A stretch of DNA of 64,000 bases from Octopus sinensis (taxonomy: Eukaryota). Position numbers and translations under genes: made by a program. Under the pieces are notes generated by a model, which saw nothing but the letters and a program-made list of their open reading frames with translations, did not search any database and was not told the origin of the DNA. Shown here piece by piece: positions 1 to 12,683 of this stretch (position 1 is the stretch's first letter; each line of letters starts with the position of its first letter). The stretch spans positions 76,384,001 through 76,448,000 of the forward strand of contig NC_043007.1 of assembly GCF_006345805.1 (NCBI RefSeq), given 5' to 3'.

Positions 1-454
1 ACGATATTTATTTTGCAATAACATATCAATCATATGAAGTGGTTAGTAATAACATCTTAATGGGAGCGAGAATATCAACGAAATATCACACGAGATACGA
101 TATTTAGTTCTATATAATTTATAATCATCGAAAATTGTGATACATTTTTCCAAAAATCAAAGGGATTCGAAATTAAAGACGATAAATTCAAAACCAACTT
201 ACTTCCGGAATTTTTGACTTTTGCTGGGAAAGCTTTTTTAATAAGCCATAATCTGCAGGTGAGTTCTTGAAAGCCTGTAGAGGTAACGAGACGGGAAGCT
301 GTTTACAAGTTGATCATAAGTAGACTATATACAAGCGGGTTAATCCGAAAAAGTGCAAATGAGTATGAATTAAATTACTTGATTAATAGTTTTTTTTAGT
401 TTTTCTTTTTCCCTTTTCAAGCCTTAATTGATAGTTCAAACAAATGACATACAA

Positions 455-1020
455 AAATCGCTTATTCATCAAAGTATACCCATCATATTTCATTGGCAGT
501 TGCCATTGTACCAGAAGCTCAAATCCAAGCGTATAACATTTGGCTGGTTTAAAAACAAAATACACCTTGCGCCCATTTTTGACATCATTCGCGTTGTTGA
601 ACATCTGCCAGTGCAGGAAATGAGTCAAGGCTCGGAAAAGGTGATAATTTGAAGGTGTTACAATTCGACATCAAAAACGGACATTTCGGGGACTTAGCGG
701 CAGTTGTTTGCAAATGTTCACGTGTCGTTCAACCTGGTCATAAGGAGCATCTCGACAATGTCTTACCACAAGGCCGACTTAATGGAGTTGTAGGTAGATG
801 GCGTTTTGTGAAGGAACAAGTTCTGTCGACAATGTACGAGTGCTTTTGCGTAGATGCTGTTCAACAACGAATGGTACTCCTGGCGTTAACTTATCATCGA
901 GGCTGATATCACCTTCCTTGAAGTGTGTGAACCATTTTTGTGGAACACGTTCTTTGACAGTTCTTGGGCTTTCCTCATCATAATTTCTTTTAACGCTGCC
1001 ATTTCACTCAGTCTTTTGTC
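455..1020 (-). mobile_element. Degenerate, internally deleted mariner transposase remnant
   Basis: Manual minus-strand translation gives KWFTHFKEGDISLDD (mariner HTH region), ...CRIVT joined directly to PSNYHLFRALTHFL..FNNANDVKN..YF..KPA (mariner C-terminus); in-frame stops; TIRs not resolved. Confidence 0.7.
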
Positions 1021-2314
1021 CACAGGTAGCATAAAATGGCTCTAATAGAAAGTTTTTCATCTCACGTTATCTAAGTCGTAAAATAATTAATGTTTATATA
1101 TTATATATGAATATAACATTTCATAAATTATAATGGAACATTTCATGAATTTTCTGTTCAGGTTTCTCCTAGTTTAACACAAAAGTTTATTGCACAGCGA
1201 GCTTCTAAATTGTCTTAACATACCGACTGCATACAGCAAACTGGTCAGTTGTAATAACCAGTACTAAGTATGGTATATTCAAAGTGTTGCCGCAGTTGCC
1301 TCTTCAATCTGGAATAAAATAAGTTTGCACAGTGAGCACAATGGTCAATAGTAATGACCATTACTATTGACCATTGGGCAGTTGCTGTTATTTTCCCGAC
1401 CTCTTTGCACATGAAATAGTGTAATTAGTTATTTCTCGTTGTGTTTCAAATTGTTCCTTTTTATATAAAAATTGTTGAAGAATGCCTGAGGGAAGATTAT
1501 AAAATTTGAATAACTAAAGGACGAGATTTGATAGTGGAGAACATTTTTACTGTCTCTTTTCTATTTTCCTCAAGACTTTATTTCAATAAATACAATATAT
1601 TATGAACAAACTAGAGACCTGTTGATAGTAATTTTCTAAAGAGTCGTAACGTCTCCGATATTGCAGCGGAGCATAAGTGTAAAGTGTGATGTTCAATAAA
1701 TTTCTCCCATGGTTTGAAAGTTTCAGGTAGAAATTGAAACATCTGGTATTTCTGAAACAGTGCTGAATAAAGAAAACTGTAGAAATTTTCTCAGTTCTGA
1801 TTGATGATATTTAGACAATAACTGTTCAGCATCTAAAAACGATTATTAATTGCATCTTCTCGGAAGTGATAATATCAAAGAAATATCATAAGATAAAAAA
1901 AAACTTTTAAAAGTGTTTTTCAATTAAAGATAGGATTATCTCTATGATCAAATAAGAAATAAGATGACGGAAACTAAAAGCGTTTTACATACGGAGCTGT
2001 AGCCGCTGTAGGTCATTGACAGTAACATGTTCTTTAAAGCGAACGTTATTTTGAAGAAACCAATTCATGATCGTTGATAGCTGACGCCACAGGTTGTATA
2101 TAATCAGAAAATTTGCGAAAATATAAAAGCGTATGACCTGAATTGCATAGTTGCTCTTTCCCAAACTGTTGACTGACACTACTTGCATAATCTGCAGAAG
2201 TTGCAACGTGTAAATGACGGAAATATTCTCTAAACTTTGTACAAGAGTTTACTCACTAAAGTTTTCACTGCACTTACTCACAACATTTAAACGCGTAGTT
2301 TACTTTTTTATATC

Positions 2315-2357
<43 letters not shown>

Positions 2358-2805
2358 GTGTATTTTACATATGCATACAAGCATAATAAATCAAGTGTAC
2401 AACTGCAAATACACTGATAATGCAAACATATTGTCATATCCGAGCAAATATAATGACAGAGATATGTTTCCGTTCACATATAAGGCGTTGAATCTATGAT
2501 ATATATCACAAATACTCGATACAACGTATATACATTCATAGAAATTATCCCCGCGTATAAAATGTCTGGGACTTGCATTTACGTATATAGAGAGGCAAAT
2601 GTTTTCGCATATAGAAGCAGACACGTACATATTCACATTCAGGTACCGTTGCAAGCAAATGCCATAACGTTTACAAATATTTAAATATAGATATTTACTC
2701 ACAGGTAGAAAGAAACGGATATGCATATACATGTTTTTTTTTTATATTTGCATATGTATATATATATATATATATTATATATATATATATATATAATATA
2801 TAATA

Positions 2806-2858
<53 letters not shown>

Positions 2859-2960
2859 TACATTTATACATATATTCACATAGACACCACCGGTAATCGG
2901 AAGAATATCAAAGGAATATCACGAGATAAATGACTTCTATATTTTGGTTTCTATAATACA

Positions 2961-3037
<77 letters not shown>

Positions 3038-4179
3038 ATATACATATATGTAGGTATATATATATACATACACACCAAGTAAGTTAGGGATTATGGAACC
3101 AAACCACTAAGGGATAATATTTATCCAATATACTGTTGGTATAATACCCAAATTATTAATACACAAGTGTTTTTAATTGCAATGCAATTAACTTACTTAT
3201 TGTATTAAATGGGTGGAGGTAGAGAAATATTTTACCATTAATTTATAAATCAAATAAGAAAATGGAGTTGTTAAATAAATAAATAAGTCAACATTCTAAT
3301 ATCCGAAAGCTGATGAACCAACTAAATTGGTTCATATATATATATATAATACAAATAAGAAAATTGAGAACCAATTTAGTTGGTCATCAGCTTCGGATAT
3401 ATATATATATATATATATATATAGTGGTTCCCAATCAAAGTGGGAAATAACTAAAAAAATTATAGGGAATAAAATTATAAAATTAAAAACTATTTACATC
3501 CGAAGTTATCAAATAAGTTTCAGTATAGAGAAGTTTTTGTTCGATATATGCAGTCTTGGTTGCGTGGGAATCATTGCCTAAGCTGTACACATATGGAAGA
3601 ATGAACCAAAATATAAAAGAATATGGGCTGATTTCCATCTTCCTTCAGTCATAGACAGTTGAATGACACTGGTAGCACACTGATGCTGACGTGGCTTAAG
3701 GTAAATATAGGGAACATCCGGTATACATTGAACACGAATTTTCACTCTTCCGGATTGATTTCACGTTATGTGTCTGTATGTGCGCGTGCGTATGTATTTG
3801 TAGATATGTATATGCATGTTTAAGACGGAAATGAAGAAACTCGTGTTCAGAGTTCCAGATGTTAACCAAATGCCACGTCAGAAACAACATGGTTCCAGTG
3901 TTCCAGCTGATGATGGACAACAATACGTGCATACATACATACATACATACATACATACATACATACATACATACATACATACATACATACATGGTGGCTG
4001 CCCCCTTGTTATCGATTATGGCCATTGCACGAAGCTTAATCAATGTTGTTATCGTGCAATGCCTGTGCAAGAAGATTTTTCTAAAGTGAGGAAAGGCTGT
4101 GCACTGAGTCAATCTCACTCACTAAGCAACAGCAGCCATAATCCGAAAAGAAGAACAAGTCAACATCATCGGTAACCAC

Positions 4180-4540
4180 TGAGCCGCAGGTTTTATGTCG
4201 GAGTTATCCCAGTTATCTGAGTTACCTTCTCCTAGAAGGATGCCCTAACAAAGGCTAGGAGTCCTTCACTCCCAATGGTTTAACCGCGCGATCAGGTATT
4301 CAGTTCCATTATTTCTATGTCCCCGCGCATGATACAGCCCTAAGACATTTATTGGATGGCCATTGACTCTCAAGAGTTCCTCCGCCTTTTGACGGGTTTT
4401 GTTTTTCATCCCGCAGGGTGTCCGATAAACAGCCTCCTCACCAAGCAAGCTTGGTGGGGTTGCTGGTTTAGTCGTCGACGACCTGACCATGCAACAGGTT
4501 GTACTGGGTTATATGTTACCAAAAGCACTCGAAAGTGACC
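4180..4540 (-). mobile_element. RTE-5'UTR/Ceph-domain-like retroposon fragment (diverged partial copy at ~20550-20715, +)
   Basis: Minus strand has CTCCTAGCCTTTGTTAGGGCATCCTTCTAGGAGAAGGTAACTC, resembling the conserved RTE 5' motif; GGATGAAAAACAAAACCCGTCAAA shared with the 20550-20715 copy. Confidence 0.45.
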
Positions 4541-4906
4541 TGACATACATACATACATACATACATACATACATACATACATACATACTACATACATACA
4601 TACATACATACATACATACATACATAGTTTCCGCCCTCCAACTGATTGACTTGTCACAAATAGTTGGCTCGTACCCATATATTTCGCATAGATTCCTAAA
4701 TTCTTAGATATATTAATTTATAAATTTACACCCATGTATTATAATAGGGCTTTTAAGTATGCAGATTTCGCTATTTCAGGTAGGCATTTATTTACTTCAT
4801 ATTTTTGTTTATTTAACTCAACTATTCATTTTTGTACTTGTTTGTGCCGATCAGTATTTCATTTGGTGTGTAGCTAATTGCATGTATGCATATACACGCA
4901 CGCACT

Positions 4907-5690
4907 AAGGCGGCGAGCTGGCAGAAACGTTAGCACGCCGGGCGAAATGCTAAGCGGTTTTTCGTCTGCCGTTACGTTCTGAGTTCAAATTCCGCCGAGG
5001 TCGACTTTGCCTTTCATCCTTTCGAGGTCGATATATTAAGTACCAGTTACGCAGTGGGGTCGATATAATCGACTTAATCCGTTTGTCTGTCGTTGTTTGT
5101 CCTCTCTGTGTTTAGCCCCTCGTGGGTAGTAAAGAAATAGGTATTTCGTCTGCCGTTACGTTCTGAGTTCAAATTCCGCCGAGGTCGACTTTGCCTTTCA
5201 TCCTTTCGAGGTCGATATATTAAGTACCAGTTACGCAGTGGGGTCGATATAATCGACTTAATCCGTTTGTCTGTCGTTGTTTGTCCTCTCTGTGTTTAGC
5301 CCCTCGTGGGTAGTAAAGAAATAGGTATTTCGTCTGCCGTTACGTTCTGAGTTCAAATTCCGCCGAGGTCGACTTTGCCTTTCATCCTTTCGAGGTCGAT
5401 ATATTAAGTACCAGTTACGCAGTGGGGTCGATATAATCGACTTAATCCGTTTGTCTGTCGTTGTTTGTCCTCTCTGTGTTTAGCCCCTCGTGGGTAGTAA
5501 AGAAATAGGTATTTCGTCTGCCGTTACGTTCTGAGTTCAAATTCCACCGAGGTTGACTTTGCCTTTCCTCTTTTCGGGGTCGATAAATATAGTACCAGTT
5601 TGGCACTGGGGTCGATGTAATCGACTAATCCCTTTGACCGTCCTTGTTTATCCCCTCTATGTTTAGCCCCTTGTGGGTAGTAATGAAAGA
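4907..5690 (+). mobile_element. tRNA-derived SINE (Nin/Deu-domain type) with a 4x tandem 184-bp body
   Basis: GGCGGCGAGCTGGCAGAA head, GAGTTCAAATTCC B box, GCCTTTCATCCTTTCGAGGTCGAT..AAGTACCAG Nin-like core; unit anchors at 4961, 5145, 5329, 5513. Confidence 0.85.
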
Positions 5691-6909
5691 TATATATACA
5701 CGCAAGCACACGCACGCACACGCTCACATACTCGCGTGCGCGCACATACACACGCGCAAACTGACACAAAGAACTTGTAAAGGAACTGGTTGTGTCTTTA
5801 CACTGTTTGGGTGCAACACAATTTCGTTTTTTGTTTACAGAAACTACCAGTCAGGAACAAGAAAGCAACCTTGAAAAATATATGACTCTTCATTTTCTTA
5901 TTTACAAAAAGAAGGCACGTTGGTATATTGGTAACCACTTGGTGTCGGTACAGCAAGGCTGAAGTTTAACACTTGTAAGATAAACCTCACAACAAATTCA
6001 GAAGCAACAGAGCAGGTCAAATCCCAAGTGTCTGGGACAGGAGAATAGGCTAATCACACGTTTAAACACGTCCTCTCTCTCTTCAACAGCCGTGTTTCAA
6101 GTCACCGACGCTAACAAGGAACGCGATAGAATTTTTCCCCCCAGTTTTTTAGCGCATGTGCATGAGGGAACTTCCTTAGGCCTTTCCAGAAGGTTCCAGC
6201 CCCGCACATGCACACTGAAGAATGATGTCACTACAAACTAAACAACGCTCCTAAGTGCGTTGAAAATTTTAGTGAGTAAACTCGACGTTTAGGGAATATT
6301 TCTGATATTTACCCGTTGCCACGTGGACAGCATTATGCAATTAGTGCATACACACACATACATATACATATGCATATACATATACATATATATGACTGTT
6401 AAGAAACTTGCTTCCCAACCACATGATTCCGGGGTCAATTCTACTGTGTGACACCTTAGGCAAGTGTCTTCTACTATAGCCTCGGGCCGACCAAAGCCTT
6501 GTGAGTTGATTTGGTAGTTATCAGGCTATTTTCCTCAGACATTGCACGGTGATAGCCTTAAGCTTTAAGCTTATATAAAAATACCATTATTATTATTTAC
6601 AGGATTGCAAAAACGGCACCATATAATAAAGCCATTCGCACCGAAACATATATATATATATTCCTGATGAATTCCTTTGCTGTAGAGTAAGGGACTTCAT
6701 CCTATATTGCTTAGTAGTAAACTCGATGCTTGCTACAGGAGGACTGGTAACCATTACAATTTGTAGCGGCGAAAGGTCTGGACGTTGTTTTCTGATGCTG
6801 ACCAAAGAATTTTATTTTAGATATAAATGATGTACTCAAGTGTAGTTATGTTTTTAGCTTGTGCTTTTTCCATGATCATACGTGAGTATTTTATTTATAT
6901 CCCATCGAA

Positions 6910-6975
6910 ATTTCTACTGAAGAAGGATATATCTTTTTTATAAGATTAAGTCCGAAATTGATTCAATATAGAGAT
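6910..6975 (+). ncRNA. Type I hammerhead ribozyme motif in a (TA)n-embedded repeat (~6661-7105; second, damaged copy ~41936-42326)
   Basis: ATTTCTA-CTGAAGA-A-GGAT...GTCC-GAAA-TTG ATT CAA-TA-TAGAGAT; stems I, II and III all pair; predicted cleavage after 6968. Confidence 0.75.
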
Positions 6976-7127
6976 AACGAATTTAAATTTTCTAAAGGTT
7001 ATTTGCCCTTTTCAGTTTCAATTTTCCTGTAACAAGCGGATTATAAGTGGATAAAACAGTGTATTTGGCTTTAGAATAACCCTCTTTAGCCCTTAATTAT
7101 ATGATATATCTATATAATATATATATA

Positions 7128-7175
<48 letters not shown>

Positions 7176-7494
7176 AGATAAATAAAAATATATGCATACA
7201 TACAAACATATATGTATACCTACATCTACATGTATATATACATGCATATATAAATAATTATACGGAAGTACAGGACATCACAATAAGACGTAGAAAACAG
7301 AAAAGCCAAAAAACAAAACAAGAAAACGGAAAACGAAAACCAAATACAGGACAGGTTACACAAGGACAAAACCCCCGTCATCAGCTGTCGCTAGAGGAGT
7401 CAGGCATGTTTCGAACAGCGTGGAAGGTGTTTATAAGCCATTTAAGAAACACACAAAAGCCGTTCGATTCACTTCAACATTTAAGTTTAATTTG

Positions 7495-7540
7495 TCAAAA
7501 TATTTTCGTCGCTAAAATCCGCGACCTGTTCACTGACAAA
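7495..7540 (-). ncRNA. G3-C8 variant hammerhead motif in the inverted pseudo-LTR
   Basis: Reverse-complement copy of 11192-11241 (full motif ~7491-7540). Confidence 0.65.
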
Positions 7541-8414
7541 GTCCGTGCTGCATCTAAGAAAGTAACAGTTAGTTCGTCATATATATGTACATATGTATGT
7601 GTGTATGTATGCATACATGTGTGTATGTATGTACGTATGCATGTACGCACATACACCTGTGTATGCATGTATGTATGTATGTATGTATGTATGTATGTAT
7701 GTATGTATGTATGTATGTATGTGTGTGTATATGCACGCACATACACTCTATAAAACATAAAGCTATAAACCTGTAGCGATGGATGGATGTAGAGTGACCA
7801 CTCATCACAAAGCTATCAAATTTCAACTTCCTACGGCCGAAGCTAGAAAGTGATTTATGACGCTTACTCCCAAAACTATACCCTAAAATCTATTATCAGA
7901 TTTTTATCTCTATATCACAGAACTATTGTTTTACTATTGTGCGTATGTATGTATGTATGTATGTATGTATGTATGTATGTATGTGCGTATGTATGTATGT
8001 ATGTATGTATGTATGTATGTATGTATGTGTGTATGTATATGTGTATGTACATACGTACGCATGTGCGTATGTATGTATACGCGCTCGTGTGCATGTGCCC
8101 ATGTATGTGTGTGCGTACATGTACGTGCGTATGTACGTGTGTATGCCCATACGTAGGTATGTGTATGTTTGTATTCATGTGCTACGTATGTATGTGAGTG
8201 TCTAGGAGAATGGGCAGATGTGTCTGTGAGAGTGTGTACATGTGTATGTGTATGTGAACGTATGTCCGTGTACTGGCATGTGTCCGTCCAAGTTGTGTAC
8301 ATGACTGTTACTTTGCTGAAGGTTGTATACATATTTACATATATGTTTGTATAGACGCACACACACATATATATATGTGTGTGGGTGTGTGTTTGTTCCT
8401 CTCATCATCGTCTA

Positions 8415-10065
8415 ACCCCTCCATCGATATAGACTTTGCTGTCGATAAATGTATAGAAATAGTTAGTGAGAGTGGTATGATATTTAAGAATGTGGATGTA
8501 TATGAACTAGGGCTCTTCCTGGCCCTGACGTGTACCAATGAATACCTGTCGCGCAATAACCTTCTACATGCTTGTCCCACCCGTAACAAACGCGGTAGAC
8601 CACCTACCATTACCTCAGCTTACAGGAAGACTCACTGTGAGCGCTGGCAGGGATGACAAAGCCGGACTACCCACCCTCAAGTGCACACGATATTAGAACC
8701 ACCATCGCACATGCTATCGGTGTCAGCCTGAGATTTACGCTAAAAACACATATTTTTAATTTGACAACAAACTGTATAAGCAAACGAAAGGCGGTGCTAT
8801 TGGAGTGGGGATCGCCGGTGACGTTGCTAACCTCTTCATGGTATGGTGGGACAAGCGTTTTAAACAGTGCCTAGCAAACCGTAACATCCACTTGGCTATG
8901 TACTCTCGTTACGTCGACGACATTAACCTTGTTGTGAAATATAATACAGACACTGTTATGGGCCCTCTACCCAGTGAAGAACAGGTGATGACATCTATAC
9001 AACACATAGCTGACTCTATCCACAGCAGTAAAAACTTACCATAGACTACCCCTCTAAACACCCCAGTAAACGATTACCCGTCCTAGATACTGAGCTATGG
9101 ATGAAGATGCTATGGTTAATAGTACCATTAAACCATGTATACTCCACTCACACTATCAGAAACCGATGGCTAATCCACTAGTAATCCGTAGTGACTCAGC
9201 TATGTCGGATACTGCCAAACTCAACATCCTAGTGGCAGACTTAGTTAGAGTAATGAGGAATGTATCACCACTATGCCAACCACAAGAACGACAACAACAC
9301 ATCCAGCACTACATATTCCGAATGCAACGCTCCGGACACACACAAGACGATAGAGTCAGGGTGTACAAAGGAGCGAAAGCTAGATTCGAACGCATTCTAA
9401 GGAACGACGAAAACGGTATATGCCCCCTGTACCGCAACAAGTTCTGGAATAGGTTAGGGAGGGACACCAACAAAAAGATGAGAAACGTTACTTGGTATGA
9501 TAACAGGAGATTTCACGGAGTGATGTTCGTTGACGCCACACCTAAGAACGAGCTAAGTAAGGCATTCAAGAAAGTCCTGCGCACTACGGGCCTAAAAGTT
9601 AAAGTTGTAGAAAAGACAGGTAAGACTATCAAATCGACATTATGCAGATCATATCCATTTGATAGAATCACCTGTCAAAGTAATTGTGCAGTATGTTCGA
9701 CGAATCCACATGTAAATTGTAAAACCAAAGGCACTGTATACCAGATTAAGTGCCAGGAGGGAGCTTGCGCGACTAACCCAGAGTCATACATAGGTGAGAC
9801 CTCTAGAAGCATCAATGATAGGTTCAAAGAATACCTGGACGACTACATTGAAAGGAAGCCAAACTCCATCTTCTACCAACATGCTGTAGACTGCCACAAG
9901 GGATCCTTAGGGGAGCTTAAATTGAACATCCTGTCAACACACCCCACCGATGCAATGTTGAGACAGGTCACAGAAGCTGTTTGTATACAAGAATACAAAC
10001 CTACTCTCAACCGAAAGTCCGAATGGAATAACATCCAGATCCCATTCAGAAGGACTATTCCATAA
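8415..10065 (+). pseudogene. PLE reverse transcriptase + GIY-YIG endonuclease, 5'-truncated, three frameshifts (~8655, ~8760, ~9030)
   Basis: PSIDID (end of RT motif A), YKQTKGGAIGVGIAGDVANLFMVWWD, YSRYVDD, LPVLD, HYQKPM, CKTKGTVYQIKC...YIGETSRS..R...LNRKSEW. Confidence 0.9.
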
Positions 10066-11191
10066 CCACCCCTCTCTCTCTCTCCCTTTTACCTGTAGTC
10101 CTTACATACGGGTTGCAACGCGTATGTGCAGTTATATACAACGGTATGAGCAGACGTTGTTTGATACGAACAGTTGCACCTAGGCGTTGTATCCATTCAC
10201 GGTTAGACGATGATGAGAGGAACAAACACGCACCCACACACATATATATATGTGTGTGTGCGTCTATACAAACATATATGTAAATATGTATACAACCTTC
10301 AGCAAAGTAACAGTCATGTACACAACTTGGGCGGACACATGCCAGTACACGGACATACGTTCACATACACATACACATGTACACACTCTCACAGACACAT
10401 CTGCCCATTCTCCTAGACACTCACATACATACGTAGCACATGAATACAACATACATACATACCTACGTATGGGCATACACACGTACATACGCACGTACAT
10501 GTACGCACACACATACATGGGCACATGCACACGAGCGCGTATACATACATACGCACATGCGTACGTATGTACATACACACATACATACATACATACATAC
10601 ATACATACATACATACATACATACATACGCACATACATACGCACATACATACATACATACATACATACGCACAATAGTAAAACAATAGTTCTGTGATATA
10701 GAGATAAAAATCTGATAATAGATTTTAGGGTATAGTTTTGGGAGTAAGCGTCATAAATCACTTTCTAGCTTCGGCCGTAGGAAGTTGAAATCTGATAGCT
10801 TTGTGATGAGTGGTCACTCTACATCCATCCATCGCTACAGGTTTATAGCTTTATGTTTTATAGAGTGTATGTGCGTGCATATACACACACATACATACAT
10901 ACATACGCACATACATACATACAGACATGCATACACAGGCGTATGTGCGTACATGCATACGTACATACATACACACATGTATGCATACATACACACATGT
11001 ATGCATACATACACACATACATACATACATACTACATACATACATACATACATACATACAGACATGCATACACAGGCGTATGTGCGTACATGCATACGTA
11101 CATACATACACACATGTATGCATACATACACACATACATACGTACATATATATGACGAACTAACTGTTACTTTCTTAGATGCAGCACGGTC

Positions 11192-11241
11192 TTTGTCAGT
11201 GAACAGGTCGCGGATTTTAGCGACGAAAATATTTTGACAAA
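11192..11241 (+). ncRNA. Type I hammerhead motif, G3-C8 core variant, in the PLE 3' pseudo-LTR
   Basis: TTTGTCA-GTGAACA-G-GTCGC ggatttta GCGAC-GAAA-ATATT-T-TGACAAA; 7-bp stem I, 5-bp stem II, palindromic AATATT stem III. Confidence 0.7.
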
Positions 11242-11386
11242 TTAAACTTAAATGTTGAAGTGAATCGAACGGCTTTTGTGTGTTTCTTAAATGGCTTATA
11301 AACACCTTCCACGCTGCAATTGTTTTAGTTTCAGCACACGATCCCAGATCAAATTACTTGCTATGCGAGTACATCTCCGTAATATA

Positions 11387-11441
<55 letters not shown>

Positions 11442-11545
11442 TATATATATATATATATATAGTGATGGTTTGTTGCCACTTAATGTCGTGGCACTCCCAG
11501 GAAAGGGAAGAATGCTACTGATATTTGGCCCCAGGAAACATCGTT

Positions 11546-11588
11546 TCCAGAGACTACTTTCAGAGTCATTGCCCTTTATTAGTCTGGA
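11546..11588 (-). ncRNA. Degenerate type I hammerhead motif
   Basis: TCCAGA-CTAATAA-AGGGC AATG ACTCT-GAAA-GTAGTC-TCTGGA; stems present, core mutated. Confidence 0.45.
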
Positions 11589-12005
11589 GTAGCTTGGCTA
11601 GCTGACAGTCGATGCTTATTCGCCTTTCAAAACCTATAGAATTTCAAGTGAAATAAATTCACTGATCTACAAATTTAGAAATATTGCATTTCTAAATCTC
11701 TGAGAGAGACTTATACAGTAGCAGCACGATAAAGTGATGGCTTGTTGCCAAGTTAATGTGACAGTCTAAGGAAACGGAAGAATGATACTGCCATTTAGCT
11801 CTAGGAAACGTTAATAATCGCGTACACACCCAATTATGCATCCAGACATGCTCATACATACATACAAACATACATACATACATACATACACAAATACATA
11901 TATACGCATGCATACACACACAGACACTCATACATACGCTGCTTCTCCTGCTTACACACACACGCGGGCACGCATGCACACATGTAAATAGTTACACACA
12001 CATGC

Positions 12006-12039
<34 letters not shown>

Positions 12040-12077
12040 ATACATATGTACATATATACTTGTATATATGTGTGTGC

Positions 12078-12122
<45 letters not shown>

Positions 12123-12622
12123 TATACACTACATGCACACGTACACCAACAGGCACTCCTGTTTCACTCTCTCGCCATTAAAAACAACAATCATCCTCTC
12201 GAACTTCCTGTTAGTCAGGGGTCGAACACGCGAACTGATCTCACGTGCGTTATTATCGTGGCTCTCTTCTTTTTCTTCCTTTCTTTTCTTTCTTATCTCC
12301 TCAGTTTTTCCTGATTTTTTCTCTGATGTCTAAAGAAGGAATATGTCCGAATCATAATGCTTTTTACTCTTTTCTTCTTCAAGCGTTAAACTAATAGTAT
12401 TGACTATGAATGTCTCGTGTACACTTCGGTGTTGTATTGATTATGTTTTGTGTGTGAATAGTATGTATGTATGTATGTATGTATGTATGTATGTATGTAT
12501 GTATGTATGTATGTATGTATGTATGTATGTATGCATGTATGTATGTATGCATGCATGCATGTATGTATGTATGTATGTATGTATGTATGTATGTATGTAT
12601 GTATGCATGCATGTATGTATGT

Positions 12623-12683
<61 letters not shown>

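Larger units (their letters stand above)
7416..11381 (+). mobile_element. Penelope-like retroelement, 5'-truncated, with inverted 5' pseudo-LTR (7416-8417) and 3' pseudo-LTR (to 11381)
   Basis: 7416-8417 is the reverse complement of 10201-11316 (differing in microsatellite copy number); RT and GIY-YIG ORF in between; 3' end abuts (TA)n. Confidence 0.92.

Noticed and set aside
1400-2260. Possible old hAT transposase remnant
   Set aside because: No motif could be read with confidence
4961-5690. Regular repeats resembling a CRISPR array
   Set aside because: Whole 184-bp units repeat with no unique spacers; eukaryotic SINE sequence; no cas genes
7375-7415. Minus-strand GAAACATG...CTGATGA (also plus strand 31441-31475), possible type II hammerhead
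   Set aside because: No UH cleavage site and no convincing stems I and II could be built
8651-8656. TGA in the PLE ORF as possible selenocysteine codon
   Set aside because: Homology continues in a different frame, so a 1-nt deletion explains it; no clear SECIS seen
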